Source: Candidatus Caccoplasma merdavium (GTDB lineage: Bacteria > Bacteroidota > Bacteroidia > Bacteroidales > UBA11471). From it: a DNA stretch of 64,000 nucleotides. The notes under the pieces are model-generated. The model was not told where the DNA came from. It did no database searches and worked only from the letters and a program-made list of their open reading frames with translations. Every line of letters starts with the position of its first letter. Positions within the stretch are counted from its first letter, which is position 1. Shown one piece after another: positions 57,086 through 64,000 of the stretch. A program made the translations under genes and the position numbers. The DNA lies in assembly GCA_018715595.1 (NCBI GenBank), contig DVLI01000018.1, forward strand, positions 28,348 through 92,347, written 5' to 3'.

Positions 57086-58095
57086 ATTTCTATGTTGTGG
57101 TCGCCGCCGGGTTTCCAGTCGAGGGTGACAGAGACCGTCACGTCGGCGCCGTGATATATAATCTCTCCACTGTCGGAGATGGTTGCTCTCAAAATTTTGG
57201 GTTCACCGGCAGCGAGGGGTTCGCGCACCGAGAGTACGTTGCGGGTGGTCTTCCCGTTGCGGGTGACATAAACGTGCATCTGCCAATATTCGGCATCGCG
57301 CGTCGTGGCGCGCGCCACGGTTTCCCCGCCACGTGAAGGGAAGCATACGCCATACGAGGCCACCAAGTCGCGGGTGAGCACTTTCGAGGTGCGCACAAGG
57401 GCCGGCGAGGAGAAATCGTAACTGCTGTCGGCAAAAGAGTAGCCGTTGGCGGTATTGGCAATATAAGATACGACACTGTCGACGGCCGGCGAAAGCACGA
57501 GCGCGACAGCCGTATTGGCCATACCCAGAGGTATGTGCAGGTTCTTGTCGGTACCGTCGCTCTCGACATCGAGACCGGCATGGTAAATGCCGCAGGTGAA
57601 GGAGTCGATGGTGTCGGCATCGATATAAGAGAGAGTAAAATGGTCGAGATGGTCCCGGCCGGAGATGCGGCACACGGGATCGGTCGCGGCATTGGCCACC
57701 GGGTGGTGGTGATAGGTGCCTTGTTCCAAATAGAGCGAATAGGCGACTTCGTCGGCACCGCCGGCCGCCACGGTCTCATAGTGTGAGATGGTGCGGCTTC
57801 CGCTGTCGAAGAAAGGCACTTCGAGGTGGTGTATGTTGCCCGAGAACACGGGCGAGAGCTTGTCGATGAGCAACTGCGCCATCTCCTGCTCGGCTGCACC
57901 GGTCGAGAGATGGGCGGTCACGGACTGCTCCAAATCCATCTCGGTGGTAATGCGGAAAGTGAAATCGCAATAGGAACCGCACTCCGAGAGGTCTTCGTTG
58001 ATACACGAGGCCATCGAAAAGAGCAGGGCCAACCCCATGGCGAGGGGCTGCCATTTTTTGCGAGAGGGTCGATATGTCGGTGTGTTATCGGACAT
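57082..58095 (-). CDS. FimB/Mfa2-family fimbrial anchor/terminator subunit
   Basis: 337 aa. Lipobox LFSMASC followed by INEDLSEC, which is typical of Mfa2-like proteins. Lies directly after the major pilin gene. Confidence 0.7.
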   Translation of the reverse strand: MSDNTPTYRPSRKKWQPLAMGLALLFSMASCINEDLSECGSYCDFTFRITTEMDLEQSVTAHLSTGAAEQEMAQLLIDKLSPVFSGNIHHLEVPFFDSGSRTISHYETVAAGGADEVAYSLYLEQGTYHHHPVANAATDPVCRISGRDHLDHFTLSYIDADTIDSFTCGIYHAGLDVESDGTDKNLHIPLGMANTAVALVLSPAVDSVVSYIANTANGYSFADSSYDFSSPALVRTSKVLTRDLVASYGVCFPSRGGETVARATTRDAEYWQMHVYVTRNGKTTRNVLSVREPLAAGEPKILRATISDSGEIIYHGADVTVSVTLDWKPGGDHNIEI

Positions 58096-58115
58096 CGGTG
58101 CGGATTGTTGGTGTT

Positions 58116-58163
58116 ATAAAAAGAAGGGACGGGAATGCGGGAACGCCCACGCTCCCGCCCCTT
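58116..58163 (-). terminator. Intercistronic hairpin plus U-run between the major pilin and anchor genes (possible partial terminator)
   Basis: 10-bp stem with 9 of 10 pairs (AAGGGACGGG/CCCGCCCCTT) and an alternative inner GCGGGA/TCCCGC stem, followed on the minus strand by CTTTTTA. It lies 52 nt after the Mfa1-like stop and 21 nt before the Mfa2-like ATG. Confidence 0.5.
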
Positions 58164-58214
58164 CGATGGGTTGATATTTTCCGAATTTAACAGCAAATAT
58201 GCCATTTTCCGGCA

Positions 58215-59840
58215 TTAGTCGCCAATTTCTGCATCCATGCTGATGCCTTGTTTCCAAGCAAGATCGACTTTCAATGCAAATTCAAGTTGAGGATTCGTCA
58301 AGTCGGGCAAAGTTGCATAAGCGCTTTTGAGATCTTTAATCGTAATGTTGGCAGTGGTATAGTAGTCCGATGCGAATACCTGTTTGGGGCCGCTCGGCGT
58401 TCCCGAAACATTCGGGTTAGGCGAGCCCACAAGGTAGAAAGTGGCACCGGTGGGAATGACTCCGTTGTTTATGCCATAAATGGCAGCGCCGTTGTTGACA
58501 AATTCGAGGGCGATTCTCACGGTGGCAGCCGTAGAACCATCATTTACATATACCTGCGAAGGCAACCCCAAGACATAGGTCTTCAATGCCGAAGTCGTAG
58601 AAAGGGTTGCGTCAACGACCTCATTGTCGTAAATCATGTGATTCCAATCGGAGGTGTTATTGACGAAATCATATCCGACCGAACCGGGCTGACTACCCAC
58701 AATGACACCGGTCAAGGTGAGACTGTTGACATTTATAGCAGGTGCGTCGGCATCGTTGTTGTTGTCGTCAAGCGTAGCAGCAGAAGCTTTAACGTTCACA
58801 TCGAGACGGCCTACGGCATAGTTCACGCTGTTTTTCAATGCTACGCTTGTAGTCGTGGCATCGATGGCGATAGCACTACCATCGAAGCTGTCACCACTGT
58901 AATCGACAGGGAAGGAGTTGGTGCTATAATAGAGCGAAGGGGGATAGCTCAACGTAGAGCCGTTATTTACAACTTGCTCATCCATGGTAATGTCAGTAGC
59001 TCCGCCTTGCGACCAGTCGAATACATACACAGCCGTGGGGAGTTTATAATTTGACCCGTAAACAGATTCCATGGCCGTACGCACAGCCCCGATTTGGATA
59101 TCTGCATTATGCTTATCGGCTTCGAGATCAAGTGCACTCTCCAAATTGTTGAGCATCGTGGTGAGCTGAACCTCGGCCACGGAAAATTTACCGGTAAGTT
59201 TCGCAACATTTTCTTTCATCGCACTTTGAGCGGCAGACGTCCCCCAGTTTGTGTGCAATGTACTGCGGAGCTCCTTCAATGCCGTGGCAAGAGTGGAAAG
59301 ATCGGGAGTCTCGATGTCGGTAAGGGTAAACGATATGTCGTTCGGAGTGTATGAAGCATCGAGCGGACTTTTCGTGGTATAGCTCGGGGTAAGCTTGCCG
59401 TTGCCGGTTGCCTGAGTCTCTCCATAGAGGAGGAAAGAGACATTACCATAAGGCAAGGATACCTGCGAATAGGTTTTTACCCCATTGGTTGAGGCAATCT
59501 CGTCCGAAGCAATGTTGCCAAGATTGACCATCGTGCCCAAGAAAGTATCACCTGCATCAACAGTTTCACCGACGGCACCTACCTTAAACGGAAGGAGATA
59601 GATGTTGGTCATACCATTGAAATTTTGGGTTTCTTGCACATAATCGGCTGTGGAACGTTGTACTTTGGCATGAGGAATGGCAAAGGTGATTTGGGTCTTC
59701 ACTTCGCCGGTCTCGCCGACGACAGGAGCAGTCGTCTCGTTGCCGCCCAGGATTTCTTCGTCATCGCTGCTGCATGCAGTGAATGCTACGCCCGAAACAA
59801 GTGCTACACTTGCAAGGGCCAGTTTCCATGTTTTTTTCAT
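58215..59840 (-). CDS. Mfa1-family major fimbrial subunit (type V pilin) lipoprotein
   Basis: The ATG at 59840 gives MKKTWKLALASVALVSGVAFTAC (lipobox). 541 aa, beta-rich and S/T/N/V-rich. Its position after the DUF3575/DUF3868 pair and before the Mfa2-like gene supports the call. Noticeably more AT-rich than its neighbours. Confidence 0.7.
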   Translation of the reverse strand: MKKTWKLALASVALVSGVAFTACSSDDEEILGGNETTAPVVGETGEVKTQITFAIPHAKVQRSTADYVQETQNFNGMTNIYLLPFKVGAVGETVDAGDTFLGTMVNLGNIASDEIASTNGVKTYSQVSLPYGNVSFLLYGETQATGNGKLTPSYTTKSPLDASYTPNDISFTLTDIETPDLSTLATALKELRSTLHTNWGTSAAQSAMKENVAKLTGKFSVAEVQLTTMLNNLESALDLEADKHNADIQIGAVRTAMESVYGSNYKLPTAVYVFDWSQGGATDITMDEQVVNNGSTLSYPPSLYYSTNSFPVDYSGDSFDGSAIAIDATTTSVALKNSVNYAVGRLDVNVKASAATLDDNNNDADAPAINVNSLTLTGVIVGSQPGSVGYDFVNNTSDWNHMIYDNEVVDATLSTTSALKTYVLGLPSQVYVNDGSTAATVRIALEFVNNGAAIYGINNGVIPTGATFYLVGSPNPNVSGTPSGPKQVFASDYYTTANITIKDLKSAYATLPDLTNPQLEFALKVDLAWKQGISMDAEIGD

Positions 59841-59942
59841 GTTATTGCAAATTGGTGAATAAATATTTGTTGTTTCTTTTATTAGTGCATATATGGTATC
59901 AATAAAACCTGTCTTCAACGCGCCTCACATCTTACCGACAAG

Positions 59943-61511
59943 CTACATGGCCGGGTCGCCGACTATGCGCCTGATGAGGAAAAGATTGCGGGCGGCAGCT
60001 TCATCGCCGGCATCGGCTGCCCGTTGCAGGTAGTCGATGGCACGAGCCGGGTCGCCATTGACATAGCAGGCATTGCCCAACGCATTGTAACTGCGGCTGT
60101 CGTGAGCCACGGTTTCGAGCATGGCAAGAGCCTCGGCCGAATAACCGCTGTTGAGCAACCCGATGGCCCGATTGATGATGATGGCCACACGGTCGGGGGC
60201 ATTGTCGTAATAGATGCGCACATATCCGGCATTACGCAACTCGGGCAAGGCTTCACGCCCCAGTTCGCGGTAGGCACGCCCGCCGGCCATGCTGCGCAGG
60301 GCACGTTCCCGGGCCACGGGGTCGGCAACGGAGTCGATGAGTTGCAAGAGGTCGGCACGGTGGCTCCACGATGAATCGGCGTCGGCGACAATATCGCGCA
60401 ACTCCGTCCAGGCGGGACCTCCGGAGATGAGGCGGAAGAGCGAGTCGGGATAACCGGTGCGCTCCTGTATGTACCGGGCCAACGACTCAGCACGCCGCTG
60501 TGCCAGACGAATGTTGAAATCGAGAGGCCCCTCGGGCGAAGCCAAACCGATGACCTCGATAAAGCGCACATCGGCAGCCGTGTCGGCAGCGACGCGCGAA
60601 GTGAGCTCGACAATCTTGTCAAGGGTCTCGTTGTTGGAACGGTAGAGCGTATCGAGGAGATGCCGGTTCACCGGATAGTAGACATACAATGCTCCGGGCT
60701 CCTTGCGCAATACCTGCGTACCGTCGTAGGGACGGTAATCGGACAGGAGATGCAACACGGGATTTTCCTGCGCCAAAGGATAAACCTGCGGCTGCACATA
60801 CGGCAACTCGGGGCGATAGGGTGGCCGGTAACGGAACGGTTCCCGGCACACGGGGTCGAGGGTGTCGACCGTGCAACAGCCCTCTTTTTCGCGATTCAGG
60901 CAAAGGGTAAGGCGGCCATAGCGCATCCACGGTTCCACCCCGATGCGCATTTCATACCAAAGCGTATCGCCGGGCGTTCCCTTGGGAACGGCGGGATACC
61001 ACTCTTGGCGCCCGTCGAGCCACGCTTTGCGCACATTGTATTTGCGGTGACGCTTGCCCTGGAAAACGACCGCGGGCAAATCCATGGTGTCTTCGGCGCC
61101 ACACAAGGCGGGCGAAAACCACAGGCAGTAATCTTTCTTGACCTCTTTTTTTGAAACCGTGAGCGGGAATTGCAGGGTGAGGGCAAGGCTGTCGGTCCAT
61201 TCGACAAGACAGGTGTCGGGCAACCCGAGCCCCGAAACAAGGCGCACCGAAAGGCTGTCGGAAACGGCCGGCATTTCTGTCGGAGCCAAGCCCCCTGCCG
61301 ACGGGGTGACAACATAGGTCGTCGACACCATGAGCGTGGTGTCGACCACGAGCGTATCGGCCGACAACCGGGTGCTGACGACATGCGCCGTGTCATTGAC
61401 AAAGGCCGTGTCGGCCACGGCAAAATAACCGGGTCGCGACAAAAATGCCTCACTCTTGCAGGGAAGAGCCATCAAAGCCAAGAGGCTCAGGAGGGGGATT
61501 ATCTTGTTCAT
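59943..61511 (-). CDS. DUF3868-like protein with an OmpA-like segment and a C-terminal TPR-like region
   Basis: ATG at 61511 (MNKIIPLLSLLALMALPCKSEA; the track start is a TTG). OmpA-like IEVIGLASPEGPLDFNIRLAQRRAESLARYI. TPR-like SYNALGNACYVNGDPARAIDYLQRAAD. Confidence 0.65.
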   Translation of the reverse strand: MNKIIPLLSLLALMALPCKSEAFLSRPGYFAVADTAFVNDTAHVVSTRLSADTLVVDTTLMVSTTYVVTPSAGGLAPTEMPAVSDSLSVRLVSGLGLPDTCLVEWTDSLALTLQFPLTVSKKEVKKDYCLWFSPALCGAEDTMDLPAVVFQGKRHRKYNVRKAWLDGRQEWYPAVPKGTPGDTLWYEMRIGVEPWMRYGRLTLCLNREKEGCCTVDTLDPVCREPFRYRPPYRPELPYVQPQVYPLAQENPVLHLLSDYRPYDGTQVLRKEPGALYVYYPVNRHLLDTLYRSNNETLDKIVELTSRVAADTAADVRFIEVIGLASPEGPLDFNIRLAQRRAESLARYIQERTGYPDSLFRLISGGPAWTELRDIVADADSSWSHRADLLQLIDSVADPVARERALRSMAGGRAYRELGREALPELRNAGYVRIYYDNAPDRVAIIINRAIGLLNSGYSAEALAMLETVAHDSRSYNALGNACYVNGDPARAIDYLQRAADAGDEAAARNLFLIRRIVGDPAM

Positions 61512-61519
61512 GGCATCAA

Positions 61520-62155
61520 TCAATCAATTACATAAACCACCGAAAGCGAAAGTTTCGTTGGCATAAAAACATTCTTTTTGGCTATGCCGATATAACGGCC
61601 GCAGTTGCGACAACGGTAATACTTGGAACAGGTGTGGGCAAACCCCAGACCGATGGCGCCCTCGATGCTCCACCGCTTGTTGATGATGTGGTGGTAACCA
61701 TACACAAGGCCACCTCCATAAAGGTTGCCCTGGAAACGATAATTACGCAACTGGTCCCAAATGCCGAAAGGCAATCGTATGTTACCGGCATTGTAGTGCA
61801 TATACAACAAATGTGCCCCGACGAAATGTCCGCCGAAAGGGGCACAAATCCAATAACGGGCTTCGGGTTGCACCGAAATGTGTCGCCACTTCTTGTTGTC
61901 CTTGAAGGTAAAGGGGTTGTAACTGAGCGAGAGGTCGAGCGTCCACTTGGGCGCGACACGATACTCAAAAGCGAGATTGGGAGAAAGAGTCCCCCACCCC
62001 AACGCATTTGTTTTCACGGCCATATCTTGGGCCTCGGCCACCGAAGGGAGAAAAAGAAACCCGAACAGGCACCACACAGCTATTCGGTACCACGGTTTAG
62101 ACAAGGCCGGAGAAACACATAAAAATAGTTTATTTGTTCTTACGGTCACTTTCAT
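61520..62155 (-). CDS. DUF3575-like outer membrane beta-barrel protein
   Basis: 211 aa. Signal peptide followed by AVKTNALGWGTLSPNLAFEYRVAPKWTLDLSLSYNPF...WRHISVQPEARYW, characteristic of DUF3575. First gene of the pilus operon. Confidence 0.75.
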   Translation of the reverse strand: MKVTVRTNKLFLCVSPALSKPWYRIAVWCLFGFLFLPSVAEAQDMAVKTNALGWGTLSPNLAFEYRVAPKWTLDLSLSYNPFTFKDNKKWRHISVQPEARYWICAPFGGHFVGAHLLYMHYNAGNIRLPFGIWDQLRNYRFQGNLYGGGLVYGYHHIINKRWSIEGAIGLGFAHTCSKYYRCRNCGRYIGIAKKNVFMPTKLSLSVVYVID

Positions 62156-62275
62156 GACGGAGCGTAATGTATATTTATACCTTTTTCATTCTATCGAAAA
62201 TGTCTCTTCCACCCCACAATCACAACACAAAATCCGAGAAAGTATTCACACCAAAAAACAATCCATTAAGAACTG

Positions 62276-62291
62276 ATCGTACGCGTACGAT
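62276..62291. promoter_or_regulatory. Perfect 16-bp palindrome ATCGTACGCGTACGAT in the pilus operon leader (candidate operator)
   Basis: Self-complementary over all 16 nt. It lies 121 nt upstream of the DUF3575 ATG, downstream of the candidate -7 box at 62366-62373. Confidence 0.45.
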
Positions 62292-62365
62292 TCGCTACTA
62301 AAATTCTTCAACCAACTCGGATATTTTAAGACTCTTTCGATTTTATATCCACAATTTTGTTAGTG

Positions 62366-62373
62366 CAAAAATA
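62366..62373 (-). promoter_or_regulatory. Candidate -7 promoter box (TATTTTTG) for the pilus operon
   Basis: The plus strand reads CAAAAATA. It lies in the most AT-rich part of the leader, about 210 nt upstream of the DUF3575 ATG. No good -33 TTTG was found. Confidence 0.3.
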
Positions 62374-62563
62374 ATATCTGATTTGATTTAAAAAAATAGT
62401 TTTTCGTTTTTTTGCAAAATTTAATATATAATCTTGCAGCGAAAAAACTTTGAAAACAATTTTTCTATTCTTTCGCAACATGACGTCACCCGCATAATCT
62501 CCTCCTTGCACAATGGAAACAAGCCCTGTCGCCGGAAAGTTCATCGACGCATTGACTCTGCAT

Positions 62564-62598
62564 AAAAAAAAGATTGATTATCTCACGATAACCAATCT
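62564..62598 (-). terminator. Orphan intrinsic terminator-like element on the minus strand
   Basis: On the minus strand: AGATTGGTTATC-GTGA-GATAATCAATCT (11 of 12 pairs) followed by T8. No annotated minus-strand gene lies upstream of it. Confidence 0.55.
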
Positions 62599-62972
62599 CC
62601 GTAACCTAAATTTAATACCATGAAAAACACTGTTCTCAAATGTACATCATTATAACAAATGAAACAAGATATGTTTGCCGCCGAGAGGACGATTTTAGAT
62701 TGTTTAACTTATTGACACTCAAAGCCTGTCGCCCCAGGCGAGAGTGCAATGTCCGCGGCAGTCGAGGCCGCCGGCAAGGGCTGAGGCAAAAAAAAGATAC
62801 GAAATTGTTACTTCGGCGAAAACGATTGGCATGCCGTGTTCACGGCCACCGCCCCCCTCACCCGAAAACGACGAGCCACAAAAACCGTCGGGAAAAGCGG
62901 CTTGATTCCTGCGAAAAAGAAGCAACAAGCCACTTTTTCTGACAAAAAGGCGTTTATATCCCGATAAAAAAG

Positions 62973-62980
62973 TATTTTTG
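62973..62980 (+). promoter_or_regulatory. Candidate -7 promoter box (TATTTTTG) for metF
   Basis: Matches TAnnTTTG and lies 21 nt upstream of the metF ATG. Confidence 0.4.
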
Positions 62981-63000
62981 CAGCAAATGAAAATTGACCC

Positions 63001-63951
63001 ATGAACGTCGCCGAAATAATCAAGAACAGCACCCGCACCGCATTTTCCTTCGAAGTACTCCCCCCGCTGAAAGGGAACAGCATCGACAAGGTTTTCGACA
63101 CCATCGACGCCCTGCGCGAGTTCGACCCAAAATACATCAACATTACCTCGCACCGCAGCGAGCTGGTCTACAAGGCAGCCGACAACGGCCTCTACCAACG
63201 CGTGTCGGAGAAGAGCCGGCCCGGCTCGGTAGCCGTGGCGGCCGCCATACAATACAAGTACCGCATTCCCGCCGTACCGCACCTGATATGCAGCGGATTC
63301 ACCAAAAGCGAGACCGAATATGCGCTCATCGACCTCAACTTCCTGGGCATTACCGACCTGCTCATTCTGCGCGGCGACAAGGCCAAGCACGAAGCCCGTT
63401 TTACCCCGTCGCCCGACGGGCACGCCCATGCCATAGAGTTGCAACAACAGGTCAACCGCTTCAACGAGGGGTACTTTCTCGACGGGTCGCACATGACCCT
63501 TGCCACCCCCTTCTCCTACGGAGTGGCCGGCTATCCCGAGAAGCACGACGAAGCCCCCAACCTCGAAACCGACCTGCGCCATCTCAAAGCCAAAGTCGAT
63601 GCCGGAGCCTCGTATGTGGTGACACAAATGTTCTTCGACAACCAAAAATACTTCGACTTTGTCAAGCGCTGCCGGGCCGAAGGCATCACGGTACCCATCG
63701 TCCCGGGATTGAAACCGATTACCTCGGCCAACCAACTGACGGTACTGCCCAAAGTATTCCACGTCGACCTGCCCGAGCCTCTGGCAAAAGAGCTGGCCGC
63801 TTGCCGCGACGACGCGGCAGCCCGCGAAGTCGGCGTCGAATGGTGCACGGCACAAGCTCAGGAATTGAAGGACAGCGGCGTGCCGAGCATTCACTTCTAC
63901 TCACTCATGGCCACCGAGAGCGTGCGTCGCGTGGCTCGCGCCGTGTATTAA
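63001..63951 (+). CDS. metF: Methylenetetrahydrofolate reductase [NAD(P)H]
   Basis: 316 aa. FSFEVLPP...INITSH at the N-terminus, DLLILRGD, and the TIM-barrel MTHFR pattern through GVPSIHFYSL. Confidence 0.92.
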   Translation: MNVAEIIKNSTRTAFSFEVLPPLKGNSIDKVFDTIDALREFDPKYINITSHRSELVYKAADNGLYQRVSEKSRPGSVAVAAAIQYKYRIPAVPHLICSGFTKSETEYALIDLNFLGITDLLILRGDKAKHEARFTPSPDGHAHAIELQQQVNRFNEGYFLDGSHMTLATPFSYGVAGYPEKHDEAPNLETDLRHLKAKVDAGASYVVTQMFFDNQKYFDFVKRCRAEGITVPIVPGLKPITSANQLTVLPKVFHVDLPEPLAKELAACRDDAAAREVGVEWCTAQAQELKDSGVPSIHFYSLMATESVRRVARAVY

Positions 63952-63979
63952 CCGTCCCGAAAACAATTCAACGCCAATC

Positions 63980-64000
63980 ATGTTTTTCAAAGACATTATC
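63980..64000 (+). CDS. Possible start of the next gene (7 codons, MFFKDII), unassignable
   Basis: ATG at 63980, 28 nt after the metF stop. The N-terminus resembles some Bacteroides DNA polymerase III delta-prime/ATPase starts, but 7 residues are not diagnostic. Confidence 0.2.

Noticed and set aside
59828-59840. A7 tract in codons 2-3 of the Mfa1-like gene as a slipped-strand phase-variation switch
   Set aside because: Seven A residues encoding Lys-Lys in a signal peptide is common and too short to be a convincing contingency tract.
62326-62544. 72-aa minus-strand ORF in the pilus leader (MNFPATGLVSIVQGG...)
   Set aside because: After ~25 residues it is simply the translation of AT-rich promoter DNA (K/I/F/N-rich). 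It shows no RBS-independent supporting signal, no motif and no coupling to neighbours. It could in principle be a leader peptide, but I cannot support that.
62640-62942. 100-aa plus-strand ORF upstream of metF
   Set aside because: The translation is Arg/Lys-rich nonsense (RGSRGRRQGLRQKK..., HGHRPPHPKTTSHKNRREKR) and shows no coding periodicity by eye.
62700-63000. Riboswitch upstream of metF (SAM-I/II, THF, cobalamin) or a c-di-GMP-I riboswitch for the pilus operon
   Set aside because: I could not find the conserved cores. There is no SAM-I GGUGCYAA/AGA-UGAG arrangement in the correct order, no B12 box GCCACUG and no THF-like core. ACTCAAAGCCTGTCGCC superficially resembles the GEMM-I ACGCAAAGCC segment, but the rest of the motif is missing and it is on the wrong strand for the pilus operon. 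An Infernal scan would be decisive.
62156-63000. Invertible (phase-variable) promoter for the pilus operon
   Set aside because: I looked for long inverted repeats flanking a 150-400 bp segment and found only local palindromes and hairpins (62276-62291, TGACGTCA at 62481-62488, 62571-62598). No site-specific recombinase gene is in the window. Long-read orientation analysis would settle it.

Overview
The window looks like a chromosomal segment of a Bacteroidales (Bacteroidota) genome. This is inferred from a MoxR/DUF58/BatA/BatB aerotolerance operon, TAnnTTTG -7 promoter motifs, a PG0541-type gene attached to an RND efflux operon, lipoprotein-type (type V) pilins and a T9SS C-terminal sorting domain. 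I call about 43 protein-coding genes. I found no rRNA, tRNA, CRISPR array, transposase or integrase.

Most of the window (1-44.3 kb and 63-64 kb) is housekeeping:
- Bat operon and an HU pair.
- rho, tilS, pheS, nth, ybaK.
- A TetR-regulated TolC/MFP/RND/PG0541 efflux operon.
- maeB, pyrC, a Dpm1-like GT2 and mfd.
- A TlpA-like lipoprotein, yigZ, nadC, rlmH and hemW.
- An EF-G paralog and an HK/RR pair.
- A ppx-ppk1-glycosyltransferase-lpxH operon.
- metF.

The one clearly accessory block is 44.6-62.2 kb. It is a six-gene minus-strand operon: DUF3575-like barrel, DUF3868/OmpA-like protein, Mfa1-like major pilin, Mfa2-like anchor, accessory pilin, then an 11.5 kb gene. That last gene encodes a 3,818-aa protein built from about seven beta-helix (Pmp-like) modules and ends in a T9SS sorting domain. 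An 845-bp AT-rich, structure-rich leader precedes the operon. This pilus-plus-giant-T9SS-cargo arrangement is my best candidate for something undescribed.

Other points of interest:
- An 85-bp tandem repeat carrying promoter motifs between nadC and rlmH.
- A phased CCCGC repeat array upstream of the TlpA-like gene.
- An HU-acidic linker-TM-LysM-like fusion protein.
- A Rho with a long disordered insertion.
- An EF-G paralog whose catalytic His is replaced by Ala.

Many long ORFs in the supplied track are antisense shadow ORFs of real genes and are rejected. The track also uses GTG/TTG starts, so several starts were trimmed to internal ATGs. Non-ORF coordinates were hand-counted from the sequence and may be off by 1-2 nt.
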